DNA of 64,000 nt from assembly GCA_947085095.1 (NCBI GenBank), contig CAMTVD010000004.1:32001-96000 (forward strand). Reading direction: 5' to 3'. The notes below the pieces were generated by a model that was given only the letters and a program-made list of their open reading frames with translations, had not been told where the DNA came from and did not search any database. This DNA comes from an uncultured Thermus sp. GTDB lineage: Bacteria; Deinococcota; Deinococci; Deinococcales; Thermaceae. Within the stretch, counting starts at the first letter, position 1. Each line of letters begins with the position of its first letter. Positions 8,893 through 17,299 of this stretch are shown here, in pieces. The position numbers were made by a program, and so were the translations under genes.

Positions 8893-11800
8893 ATGGAAAA
8901 GCTTTCCCGGCGGGAACTCCTAAAGCTCTCGGGCGCAGGCGCCCTCCTCGGGCCCTTGGGCCTCACCCTTCAGGAGGCCAGCGCCCAAGGCATGGGGGCT
9001 TACGAGGTGCAGCTTCCCGAGAACACCATCTACTCCTCCTGCCTCCAGTGCAACACCGGCTGCCCCATCAAGGTGAAGCTCTACGAAGGGGTGGCCAGCA
9101 AGATTGACGGTAGCCCCATCTCCCCTTGGACCTTCCAACCCCATCTGCCCACGACCACGGACCTGGCCACCCTGGCCAAGATAGACGGGACCCTCTGCCC
9201 CAGGGGCCAAGCGGGCATCCAGACCGCCTACGACCCCTACCGCATCCGCCGGGTCCTCAAGCGGGCGGGCCCCCGGGGCAGCGGCAAGTGGGAGGAGATC
9301 CCCTTCCACCAGGCGGTGAAGGAGATCGTGGAGGGGGGAAAGCTCTTCGCCCACCTGGGGGACGAACGCCACTACCCTGGCCTTAGGGAGGTTTGGGCCC
9401 TCAAGGACCCCGAGGTCATGGCCCGCATGGCCCGGGCGGTGCGGGACATCTGGGCGGAAAAGGACAAAACCAAGAAAAAGGCCCTGGTGGAGAAGTTTAA
9501 GGAGGACTTCAAGGAACACCTCCACACCCTCATTGACCCCAACCACCCCGACCTGGGCCCCAAGAACAACCAGGCGGTTTTCGCCTGGGGACGCCTGAAG
9601 GCCGGACGCCGGCACTTCATAGACTGGTTCTTTCAAAGCAGCCTGGGGACCGTAAACCTCCATGGGCACACCACCGTCTGCCAGGGCTCGCTCTACTTCG
9701 CGGGCAAGGCCATGAGCGAGCAGCCCACCTTTGACGCTTCCGGCAAGCTCTCCTGGTCGGGGGGAATGAAGTTCTACTGGCAGGCAGACCTCTCCAAGGC
9801 CCGCTTCGTGGTCTTCGTGGGGGCCAACATCTTTGAGGGCAACTACGGCCCGCCCCTGCGGGTGGGCTGGATCACGGAGAGGGTTTCCAAAGGAGAGCTG
9901 GAATACGCCATCGTGGACCCCCGGGGGCAGAAGGGGATCAAGGAGGCCAGCCGCTGGATCATCCCCAAACCCGGGCACGACGCCGCCATCGCCTTTGGCA
10001 TCATCCGCCTCCTCCTGGAGTGGGAGAAGTACGATGCCAAGTTCCTCTCCGCCGCCAACAGGGCGGCGGCTAGGGCCATCGGCGAGGCCAGCTGGTCCAA
10101 CGCCACCTGGCTGGTCAAGATGAAAGACGGCCAGCCGGAAAGGCTCCTCCGGGCCAGCGATCTGGGTCTTCCCAAGCCCAAGGCCAGGGTGGGGGACAAG
10201 GAGGTGGAGCTGGACGCCCCCGTGGTCCTGGTGAAGGGGAAACCCGTAGCCTTCAACCCCAACGACGAGGCCCAGGCGGTCTTCGGGGATCTCTTCGTGA
10301 ACACCCGGCTTTCGGGGATCCCGGTGAAATCCGCCCTGCAACTCATCAAAGAGGAAGCCTTCAAGCACCAGGTGCGGACCTGGGCAGCCTTCGCCGGGGT
10401 CCAGGAGGGGGACATCCGCTTCCTGGCGGAAAAACTAGCCCAGCACGGCAAGAGGGCCGTGGTGGACCTCCACCGGGGAACCAGCCAACACACCAACGGC
10501 TTCTACACGGTGGCCGCCTGGCTCACCATCAACGCCCTCTTGGGCAACCTGGACCACCAGGGCGGGTCCACCATGGGCTTCACCTACGACATCACGGGCG
10601 CCCGGGCGGGCGGCCCATTTGTAATGGCCCGGCTCCATCCCAAATCCCTAACCCCCTTTGGTGTCAGCCTCATCCGCCACGAGGTCAAGTACGAGGATAC
10701 CACCCTCTTCGCCGGCTTCCCCGCCAAGCGGCCCTGGTACCCCCACGCCTCCGACATCTACCAGGAGGTCCTGCCCTCCGCCGCCCAGGGCTACCCCTAC
10801 CCCATCAAGATCCTCTTCCACTACATGGGGGACCCTGCCTACGCCAATCCCGGGGGCCACGAGCAGATCCGGGCCATGCTGGACCCCGACAAGATCCCCC
10901 TGATCGTGGCCTTTGACATCGTGGTGGGCAACACCTACGCCTTCGCCGATTACATCATCCCCGACCTCTCCTATCTGGAGCGCTGGGAGTTCCAGGGTAC
11001 CCACTTCTCCATCCCCTGGAGGGTCCAGCCCGTGCGCCAGCCTGCCATCGCCCCCATCCCCGAGGAGGTGGAGGTCTTTGGCCAAAAGATGCCCATCTGC
11101 CTGGAAAGCTTCCTGATGGCGCTGGCGGAGCACATGGGCCTGCCAGGGTTCGGGGAAAAAGGCTTTGCCAACGGCATGCCCTTCACCCACATGGACCACT
11201 TCTACCTGAAGCTGGCCGCCAACCTGGCCTTTGGGGAAAGGGCCGATGGCACCGACGCCCTCCCCGAGGCCGACGAGGAAGAGCTCCGCGTCTTCCGCCA
11301 GGCCAGGCGCCACCTCCCCCCCTCGGTCTTCGAGGAGAAGCGTTGGCGGGAAGCCGTGGGCAACGAAAGCCTCTTCCGCCGGACGGTCTACCTCCTGAAC
11401 CGCGGTGGGCGCTTCCAGGAGTTCGCCAGGGTGTATGGCCCTGGCGGCCTCCTGACCAACCGCTACGGACGGCAGGTGAACCTCTTCTTTGAGAAGCAGG
11501 CCCTCTCCCTCCACCCCATGACCGGCAAACCTTACTGGCCGTTACCCGCCTACTTCCTCCCCTACCAGGATGCCCTGGGGCGGCAGCTCCGGGACCCCGG
11601 CTACGGCCTCACCCTCCTCACCCACCGCGACATCCTCATGACCAAGAGCCGCACGGTCTCCAACTACTGGCTGAGGAGCATCAAGCCGGAGAACGCCATC
11701 CTGGTGAACGTGGAGGACGCCAAGCGCCTGGGGCTGAAGGACGGGCAGCTGGTTAAGGTGGTCTCGGCCACCAATCCCAAGGGGGAGTGGGACCTCGGGC

Positions 11801-12078
11801 CCATGGGCCGTAAGCCCATGGTGGGGCGGGTCAAGGTGGTCCAGGGCCTGCGCCCGGGGTGCGTGACCTTCCCCTTGGGTTGGGGGCACTGGGGCTATGG
11901 GGCCACGGACCTGGTCATTAACGGCCAGGTCATCAAAGGAGACCCCAGGCGGGCCATGGGCATCCACGCCAACGCCGCCATGCGCCTGGACCCCTACCTG
12001 AAGGACATGGCCCTCACGGACATCGTGGGAGGTAGCGTGGTCTTCTACGAGACCAAGGTGAACCTGATCCCCGTGTAG
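8893..12078 (+). CDS. TtrA-like molybdopterin oxidoreductase catalytic subunit (tetrathionate/selenate/arsenate reductase clade), Tat-exported
   Basis: SRRELLK Tat motif; CLQCNTGC...LCPRG Fe-S motif; TtrA-like segments EIVEGGKLF, IDPNHPDLGPKNNQ, GEASWSNATWLV, ADYIIPDLSYLERW, GWGHWGYG; candidate Mo-ligand Cys in HTTVC. Confidence 0.9.
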   Translation: MEKLSRRELLKLSGAGALLGPLGLTLQEASAQGMGAYEVQLPENTIYSSCLQCNTGCPIKVKLYEGVASKIDGSPISPWTFQPHLPTTTDLATLAKIDGTLCPRGQAGIQTAYDPYRIRRVLKRAGPRGSGKWEEIPFHQAVKEIVEGGKLFAHLGDERHYPGLREVWALKDPEVMARMARAVRDIWAEKDKTKKKALVEKFKEDFKEHLHTLIDPNHPDLGPKNNQAVFAWGRLKAGRRHFIDWFFQSSLGTVNLHGHTTVCQGSLYFAGKAMSEQPTFDASGKLSWSGGMKFYWQADLSKARFVVFVGANIFEGNYGPPLRVGWITERVSKGELEYAIVDPRGQKGIKEASRWIIPKPGHDAAIAFGIIRLLLEWEKYDAKFLSAANRAAARAIGEASWSNATWLVKMKDGQPERLLRASDLGLPKPKARVGDKEVELDAPVVLVKGKPVAFNPNDEAQAVFGDLFVNTRLSGIPVKSALQLIKEEAFKHQVRTWAAFAGVQEGDIRFLAEKLAQHGKRAVVDLHRGTSQHTNGFYTVAAWLTINALLGNLDHQGGSTMGFTYDITGARAGGPFVMARLHPKSLTPFGVSLIRHEVKYEDTTLFAGFPAKRPWYPHASDIYQEVLPSAAQGYPYPIKILFHYMGDPAYANPGGHEQIRAMLDPDKIPLIVAFDIVVGNTYAFADYIIPDLSYLERWEFQGTHFSIPWRVQPVRQPAIAPIPEEVEVFGQKMPICLESFLMALAEHMGLPGFGEKGFANGMPFTHMDHFYLKLAANLAFGERADGTDALPEADEEELRVFRQARRHLPPSVFEEKRWREAVGNESLFRRTVYLLNRGGRFQEFARVYGPGGLLTNRYGRQVNLFFEKQALSLHPMTGKPYWPLPAYFLPYQDALGRQLRDPGYGLTLLTHRDILMTKSRTVSNYWLRSIKPENAILVNVEDAKRLGLKDGQLVKVVSATNPKGEWDLGPMGRKPMVGRVKVVQGLRPGCVTFPLGWGHWGYGATDLVINGQVIKGDPRRAMGIHANAAMRLDPYLKDMALTDIVGGSVVFYETKVNLIPV

Positions 12079-12083
12079 GCGCC

Positions 12084-12107
12084 TCCCCCCGGGGCAACCC
12101 GGGGGGA
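12084..12107 (+). terminator. 10-bp stem with GCAA tetraloop after ttrA-like gene; no U-tract, so possibly a stabiliser or partial terminator
   Basis: TCCCCCCGGG-GCAA-CCCGGGGGGA. Confidence 0.6.
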
Positions 12108-12153
12108 CAAACCTACCCGGATACCCGTGATAGCGTATGGATGGAGGGTTGCT

Positions 12154-12591
12154 ATGATCTCTGCGCTAAGAACTGCGCAAGACCCCACCCGCTTCGCTCT
12201 GGAGCTCATTCGCACGGTGATGCTCCTTCTGTGTCTGGTGGGCTGGGTCATGTACCCGTTGGAGCTCCTCTTGCTGGACCACTGGACCGAGGCCTGGCAG
12301 AGCCGCATCCCCTTTTTCGTAGCAGTACCCGGCTTCGTCTTCACCCTCTGGGTTCTCTTTGACCGGAAGACCCCCTGGGTGCGCTGGGCCTTCATCGTCA
12401 CCATGTGGGCCTCGGTGCTCACCGGGGTCCTCGGGGCCTACTTCCACCTGGTCTGGAACTTTGAGGGGGAGATCAGCTGGGAGTTTGAGGCCGCCATGGA
12501 GGCCATAGCGGGAAGCCGCCCGGTGCTGGCGGCCATGGCCTTCACCCACATGGGGGTAACTGGGCTCTTGAGCATTTACCGGGCCCGCTAG
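12154..12591 (+). CDS. 4-TM membrane protein A with conserved His (uncharacterised)
   Basis: RBS GGAGG before ATG 12154; hydrophobic helices; LLDHW, GAYFHLVWN, GSRPVLAAMAFTHMG. Confidence 0.85.
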   Translation: MISALRTAQDPTRFALELIRTVMLLLCLVGWVMYPLELLLLDHWTEAWQSRIPFFVAVPGFVFTLWVLFDRKTPWVRWAFIVTMWASVLTGVLGAYFHLVWNFEGEISWEFEAAMEAIAGSRPVLAAMAFTHMGVTGLLSIYRAR

Positions 12592-12601
12592 GAGGTGGCG
12601 G

Positions 12602-13045
12602 ATGATCGAGGCTCTCATTCGTGCCAAAACCGAGGAGGAAAGGCTCTTGGAGTTTTTGCGGAGCATCTTCCTGCTTATCGCCATGGTGGGCTTTATCTTC
12701 TATGGGATAGAGCACTGGATTTTGGACCACTGGACACCGGCTTGGCAAAGCCGCATCCCCTTCTACGTTTCCCTGGTGGGCTTTCCCCTGACCCTCCTTA
12801 TGTTCTTCCACCGGGGCAGGTGGGTCCGCTACCCCTTCCTCCTCTGGATGCTGGTCTCCGTGGTCACAGGAGTGGTGGGGGCCTACTACCACTTGCTTTG
12901 GAACGCCCAGGATGCGGAAGTAAGCCTATGGAGTCTTTCCGGCTTCCTCGAGGCCTTCAAGGGGAGCCGTCCGGTGCTGGCGGCCTTGGCCCACACCCAC
13001 GTGGGTGCCGTGGCCTTCATCGTGGGAATCACCATAAGGGACTAA
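12602..13045 (+). CDS. 4-TM membrane protein B, paralog of A
   Basis: RBS AGGAGG; ILDHW..WQSRIPF, GAYYHLLWN and GSRPVLAALAHTHVG shared with the upstream ORF. Confidence 0.87.
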   Translation: MIEALIRAKTEEERLLEFLRSIFLLIAMVGFIFYGIEHWILDHWTPAWQSRIPFYVSLVGFPLTLLMFFHRGRWVRYPFLLWMLVSVVTGVVGAYYHLLWNAQDAEVSLWSLSGFLEAFKGSRPVLAALAHTHVGAVAFIVGITIRD

Positions 13046-13057
13046 AAGGAGGCGGAG

Positions 13058-13612
13058 ATGAAAAGAGTGGTCTTCGGTTTCCTGGTGCTGGCCCTAGGTC
13101 TGGCCCTGGCGCAGGCCCCCAAGGTGGACGGAAAGATCGCCCCCGGGGAGTACGCCAAGAGCTACAAGCACGAGAAGAGCGGCATCACCCTCTACTGGAG
13201 CGTGGTGGGGGACACCCTCTACCTGGGGCTCGAGGGGGAGAGCAAGGGCTGGATCGGGATCGGCTTCCTCGGCGAGAAGACGGAGAAAAAGAAGGGAAGC
13301 GACAACTACCTCTTCTACATGGAAGGGGGGAAGCTGGTAGCCCTGGACATGTACCAGACCAAGCGCACCGGGGCTCCGGCGCTGGACGAAAGGGAAGGGG
13401 GTAAAAACTCCATCCTGGCTGCCGCCGCCACCTACGAAGGGGGCAGGTGGACCGTGGAGTTCAGCCGCAAGCTGAAGACCGGGGAGGCCACGGACGTGGA
13501 GATCGTCCCCGGGAGGAAGCTGATCCTCATGCTGGCCTACTCGGACAAAATGGACCCCAAGGAGGAGCACAAGAAGACCGATCGCTGGTACGTTGAGGAC
13601 TTTGCCTTCTAG
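13058..13612 (+). CDS. Secreted DOMON-domain protein (possible heme b protein)
   Basis: Sec signal (LGLALA-Q); TLYW...GWIGIGF...GSD...VEFSRKLKTG...H DOMON pattern; RBS AAGGAGG. Confidence 0.82.
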   Translation: MKRVVFGFLVLALGLALAQAPKVDGKIAPGEYAKSYKHEKSGITLYWSVVGDTLYLGLEGESKGWIGIGFLGEKTEKKKGSDNYLFYMEGGKLVALDMYQTKRTGAPALDEREGGKNSILAAAATYEGGRWTVEFSRKLKTGEATDVEIVPGRKLILMLAYSDKMDPKEEHKKTDRWYVEDFAF

Positions 13613-13624
13613 AGGGAACCCTTC

Positions 13625-13657
13625 GGCCCTGGGGTGGCCCCAGGGCCTTTTATTTTT
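13625..13657 (+). terminator. Rho-independent terminator closing the reductase operon
   Basis: GGCCCTGGGG-TGG-CCCCAGGGCC followed by TTTTATTTTT. Confidence 0.85.
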
Positions 13658-13666
13658 ACTAGCGGT

Positions 13667-13702
13667 TTATACCCTTGACTTTTATAAGCTCATAGGTACC
13701 AT
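13667..13702 (+). promoter_or_regulatory. Leaderless sigma-A promoter of the yeeE-like gene, overlapped by a TTATA-N11-TATAA repeat
   Basis: TTGACT (13675-80), 16 nt, TACCAT (13697-702), ATG 6 nt later. Confidence 0.6.
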
Positions 13703-13708
13703 GAGGCC

Positions 13709-14941
13709 ATGGAGCGGACGGCGCATCCCCAACCCCTAGCTCTCCTCTGCTTCCTCCTGGCTGCCCTTGGGCTTTCCTGGGCCATCCTGCAGGCCTCGGG
13801 CATCCGGCTCCTCCTGGCCTTCTTCGTGGCGGTCCTTCTGGGTCTGGCCCTCTTCCACGCCAAGTTCGGCTTTGCCTCCGGCTTCCGCCGCTTCCTCCTC
13901 ACGGGGGAAAGCCGCCTCTTAAGGGCCCACTTCCTCCTCTTCGCCCTCACCGCCCTCCTCTTCTTCCCCTTTCTCAAGGAGGGGGAGGTCCTCGGCCAGG
14001 CGGTGCAGGGCTTCGTGGTGCCCTTGGGAGTGGCCCTCCTGGTAGGGGCCCTCCTCTTCGGGATAGGGATGCAACTGGGGGACGGCTGCGCCTCCGGCAC
14101 CCTCTACCACACGGGAAGCGGGGATACCCGGGGGATTCTGGTCCTCCTGGGCTTCATGGCGGGCTCCCTCCTTGGGGTCTACCACCTCCCCTTCTGGCAG
14201 GGTCTTCCCGCCTTGGCCCCGGGAAGCGCCCTCACCTGGTTCCCCTCCCCCTACCTGGGCCTGCTCCTCTGGCTTGGCCTCATCGCCGCCCTCTACCTGG
14301 GAGTGAGCCTGGTGGAAAAGCGGCGCCGGGGGCGGATAGACCCCCTTTTCCGCCTCGAGGCCACCCATCCCCTTTTGGGCCCCTGGAGCCTGGTGGGTGG
14401 GGCGGTGGTCCTGGCCTTAGGTAGCCTCCTCCTTCTCCTCCTCCAGGGGCGGCCCTGGGGGGTCACTGGGGCCTTTGCCCTCTGGGGGGGTAAGCTGGCC
14501 GAGGCTTTGGGGGTTCCCGTCCTGGACTGGGCCCTCTTCCACAACCCCGCCTTCGCGGAAAAGCTGCAGGAAAGCGTTCTAAAGGACGCCACCAGCGTCA
14601 CCAACTTTGGCCTCTTCCTGGGAGCCTTTCTGGGGGCCGCCCTGGGCGGGGCTTTGCGCTTCCAGGACCTCAGGAAGATTCCCTGGAGCACCCACCTGGG
14701 GGTCTTCCTGGGCGGGGTGCTCATGGGCTACGGGGCCCGGCTGGCGGGGGGGTGCAACATCGGGGCCTACCTGGGAGGGACGGCCTCCTTCAGCCTCCAC
14801 GGACCCCTCTGGGGCCTCTTCGCCCTCCTGGGAACCGCCTTGGGCCTGCGCCTCAGGCCCCTCTGCCGTCTGGAGAACGAGGCCTTAGCACCGGAGGTAG
14901 CCCGGCAGGACCTCCTCCAGGGGCGTGGGGCGGGGGATTAG
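13709..14941 (+). CDS. YeeE/YedE (TsuA-like) thiosulfate/sulfur-compound transporter
   Basis: Multi-TM; FGFASGFR, GMQLGDGCASG, PWGVTG and GARLAGGCNIG signatures. Confidence 0.88.
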   Translation: MERTAHPQPLALLCFLLAALGLSWAILQASGIRLLLAFFVAVLLGLALFHAKFGFASGFRRFLLTGESRLLRAHFLLFALTALLFFPFLKEGEVLGQAVQGFVVPLGVALLVGALLFGIGMQLGDGCASGTLYHTGSGDTRGILVLLGFMAGSLLGVYHLPFWQGLPALAPGSALTWFPSPYLGLLLWLGLIAALYLGVSLVEKRRRGRIDPLFRLEATHPLLGPWSLVGGAVVLALGSLLLLLLQGRPWGVTGAFALWGGKLAEALGVPVLDWALFHNPAFAEKLQESVLKDATSVTNFGLFLGAFLGAALGGALRFQDLRKIPWSTHLGVFLGGVLMGYGARLAGGCNIGAYLGGTASFSLHGPLWGLFALLGTALGLRLRPLCRLENEALAPEVARQDLLQGRGAGD

Positions 14942-15748
14942 GGCCAAGACCTCCGGGGAAAGGGGGGCGGTGTTGCCCCCCTTCAGCATCACGTACTGGT
15001 CCTTGGTGAGGGGGGCGAAGGGCAGGGGGCTTAGGAGAGGCACCACCAGGTCCATGAGGGAAAGGGGGATGGGGAGGAAGGGCTTCCTCCGCCCCACCAC
15101 CTCCATCGCCTTCTCCAGGAGTTCCCGCAAGGTGTACTCCCTGGGCCCTACCAGGTCGTAAGACCCCAAGACGCCCCTCTCCAAGGCCTCCACGAAGGCC
15201 AGGGCCACGTCCCCCACATAAACGGGCCGGAAGGGGAAGCGGCCGTCCCCGATGAGGGGGACGAAGGGCAGGGGGTTGCAGACAAGCCCTTTGAGCACCT
15301 TGCCGAAGAACTCGTCCCCGGGGCCGAAGATGAGGCTGGGGCGGAAGATGGTCCAGGAGAGGCCGCTTTGCCGCACCACCTCCTCCCCCTCGGCCTTGGT
15401 CTCGTAGTAGCGGCTCCCCGTGCCCCGCCTCGCCCCCAGGGCGGACATGTGGAGGAGGCGGGCTACCCCGGCCCTGCGCATCCCCTCCACCAGGTTCCTC
15501 ACCCCTTCCACGTGCACCGCCTGAAAGGTCTGGGGGCCTTCCCGGATGATGCCCGCCAGGTAGATGGCGGCCTCCACACCCCTCAGGTCCGGAACCTCCC
15601 GGGTGATGTCCCCCAGGAGCCAGACCGCTCCCGGGGAAAGGTCCCTGGGCTTCCGGGAAAGGACAAGCGGGGTATGCCCCCGCTCCAGAAGAAGGGACAC
15701 CAGGGCCCGGCCCACGAACCCCGTGCCCCCCACCACCAAAACCCGCAT
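14885..15748 (-). CDS. NDUFA9-like atypical SDR (NAD-dependent epimerase family)
   Basis: GGTGFVG, HMSALG, YYETK, FRPSLIFGPGD; downstream of ldrP. Confidence 0.88.
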   Translation of the reverse strand: MRVLVVGGTGFVGRALVSLLLERGHTPLVLSRKPRDLSPGAVWLLGDITREVPDLRGVEAAIYLAGIIREGPQTFQAVHVEGVRNLVEGMRRAGVARLLHMSALGARRGTGSRYYETKAEGEEVVRQSGLSWTIFRPSLIFGPGDEFFGKVLKGLVCNPLPFVPLIGDGRFPFRPVYVGDVALAFVEALERGVLGSYDLVGPREYTLRELLEKAMEVVGRRKPFLPIPLSLMDLVVPLLSPLPFAPLTKDQYVMLKGGNTAPLSPEVLALIPRPTPLEEVLPGYLRC

Positions 15749-15749
15749 C

Positions 15750-16337
15750 CTAAGCGGCCTCCAAAACCCCTTCCGCCTCCTCCTCCAGGGCCCTCAGGTC
15801 CAGGAGGTAGACCCGGCGGTAGGCGGTGGCGATGAGGCCCTGGTGGCGCAGGTCCGAGAGGATCTTGGAAACGGACTCCCGGGTGGAGGCGGTGGCATCG
15901 GCAATCTCCTCGTGGGAAGCGGTGACGAAAAGGCCTTTCTCGTCCCGGAAGGAGGCCGGGGTGTCTGCCAGGAAGAGGAGGTAGCGGGCGATGCGGGCCC
16001 TGAGCTCCCCCGTCTGCAGGTGGGCCTCGTAGGCGTGAACCCGGCGCATCTGCCGGGCCAGGTTCCGGGCCACGGCGTGCAGGGCCTCGTGGTTCATGGC
16101 CCTGGGGTCAAAGCCCTGGACCAGCACCTCGGTCATGGCCTCGGCGGTGTAGCGGTAGCGCCTGCCCTCCAGGGCCTCTTCCCCGAAGTAGTCCCCAGGC
16201 AGGACGTGGCGGAGGGTGAGCAGGCGGCCGTCGGAAAGGAGTTCCACGATGCGCACCAGGCCCTCCTCGAGGCGGTACAGGGTGTGGGCGTTTTCGCCCC
16301 TCAGGTAGATGGTCTCCTTGCGGCCAAACCTCTTCAT
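15750..16337 (-). CDS. ldrP: CRP/FNR-family activator LdrP
   Basis: cNMP-binding fold (GDYFGEEAL), [21 protein letters not shown]; coupled to litR. Confidence 0.88.
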   Translation of the reverse strand: MKRFGRKETIYLRGENAHTLYRLEEGLVRIVELLSDGRLLTLRHVLPGDYFGEEALEGRRYRYTAEAMTEVLVQGFDPRAMNHEALHAVARNLARQMRRVHAYEAHLQTGELRARIARYLLFLADTPASFRDEKGLFVTASHEEIADATASTRESVSKILSDLRHQGLIATAYRRVYLLDLRALEEEAEGVLEAA

Positions 16338-17191
16338 ACTGCCTTCCTTTCCCCCTCAAGGGGTTGCAAAAGCTCCTCCACCAAAGCTTCCAAACTCTCC
16401 ACGTGGCGGGCACCAAGCCTCTTGGCCTCCTCCGGCGAGGCCCCCTGCCCCCCCAGGTAGACCCGGGGCGCCAGCTGGGAAAGGGCCCCGTGGGGTAGGT
16501 CCTTCAGGGGCTCGGCCAGGAGGGCGGAGAGAACCACTCCCCTCGCCGAAAGCCGGGCCGCCAGGTTTTTCAGGTCGGCCAAGGGGGTATCGGGGCCCAG
16601 ATAGAGGGCGGGAAGCCCCCGCCGCCTCAGGGCGTAAGCGGCCAGCATGGCCCCGATCTCATGCCGCTCCCCTGGGGGCGTGGTGACCAGAATAGGGGGC
16701 CCCGGGGGGAAGCCCACCAGGTCAAGGAGCTCCTGGAGCCGGGCCCGGAGGAAGGTGGAGGCGAGGTGCTCCTCGGCCACCCCCACCTCCCCCCGGTGCC
16801 AGGACTCACCCACCCGCCTCAGCACCGGCACCAGAAGGCGCTTCAAGACCCCTTCCGGGCCCAGAAGCCTCAGGGCACGGCGAAAGAGGGCCTCGGCCTC
16901 CTGGAGGTCCACCCGCAAAAGGGCCCCGTAAAGCTGGGCCTCGAGGGCCTCCGGGTACACCTCCTGGGAAAGGTAGCGGCGGATGGCCGCCTGGGGGGTG
17001 GCCCCCTCCTCCAGCCAGCGGCGGATGGTCCTTAAGGCCTCCACCTCCTCTTGCCGGTAAAGGCGGTGGCCTCCGGAGGTACGCTCGGGCCGGGGAAAGC
17101 CGTACCGCCTCTCCCACTGCCTGAGGACCTCGGCGGAGAGGCCGGTCAAGCTTTCCACCTCGGCGATGGTGTACACCCCAGGACGGGTCAT
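16334..17191 (-). CDS. litR: AdoB12-dependent photoreceptor repressor LitR/CarH (MerR family)
   Basis: Mer[14 protein letters not shown]-x9-EH ([12 protein letters not shown]); ERHEIG B12-binding motif; divergent from crtB. Confidence 0.95.
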   Translation of the reverse strand: MTRPGVYTIAEVESLTGLSAEVLRQWERRYGFPRPERTSGGHRLYRQEEVEALRTIRRWLEEGATPQAAIRRYLSQEVYPEALEAQLYGALLRVDLQEAEALFRRALRLLGPEGVLKRLLVPVLRRVGESWHRGEVGVAEEHLASTFLRARLQELLDLVGFPPGPPILVTTPPGERHEIGAMLAAYALRRRGLPALYLGPDTPLADLKNLAARLSARGVVLSALLAEPLKDLPHGALSQLAPRVYLGGQGASPEEAKRLGARHVESLEALVEELLQPLEGERKAV

Positions 17192-17197
17192 GCCCTT

Positions 17198-17242
17198 AGG
17201 ATAGGGGGGTGTTTAGACTTTGTCAAGGTCTTGTCCACCTCC
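17198..17242 (-). promoter_or_regulatory. litR promoter with CarH operator of three 11-bp direct repeats
   Basis: Minus strand TGGACA-N5-TTGACA-N5-TAAACA (TnnACA at 11-bp period); -35 TTGACA 17226-21, 17 nt, -10 TATCCT 17203-198, ATG 6 nt later. Confidence 0.85.
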
Positions 17243-17299
17243 ACAGTGTGGTCGGGACAAACATCCCTGCACCAGAAGCTAGAGTAGAGTCAAAGCAAG

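Noticed and set aside
8047..8960. Tat signals on both the Fe-S and catalytic subunits as a novelty
   Set aside because: Also true of canonical TtrB/TtrA as recalled
8920..10368. 482-aa minus-strand ORF, and similar ones at 18163-19395, 23515-24630, 32256-33374, 37510-38901 and 59051-60349
   Set aside because: Mirror frames opposite well-supported genes
8893..12078. Calling the molybdoenzyme ArrA/ArxA, NarG or PsrA, or giving it the ttrA symbol
   Set aside because: Length and motifs fit the TtrA clade better, but the substrate cannot be fixed from sequence, so no symbol was assigned
12595..13404. 269-aa ORF spanning membrane protein B and DOMON (possible fusion or frameshift)
   Set aside because: Alternative frame; both real genes have their own SD, start and stop
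17243..17265. LdrP/CRP site upstream of crtB
   Set aside because: TGT...ACA spacing is 7 or 11 nt rather than the expected 10; cannot be placed confidently
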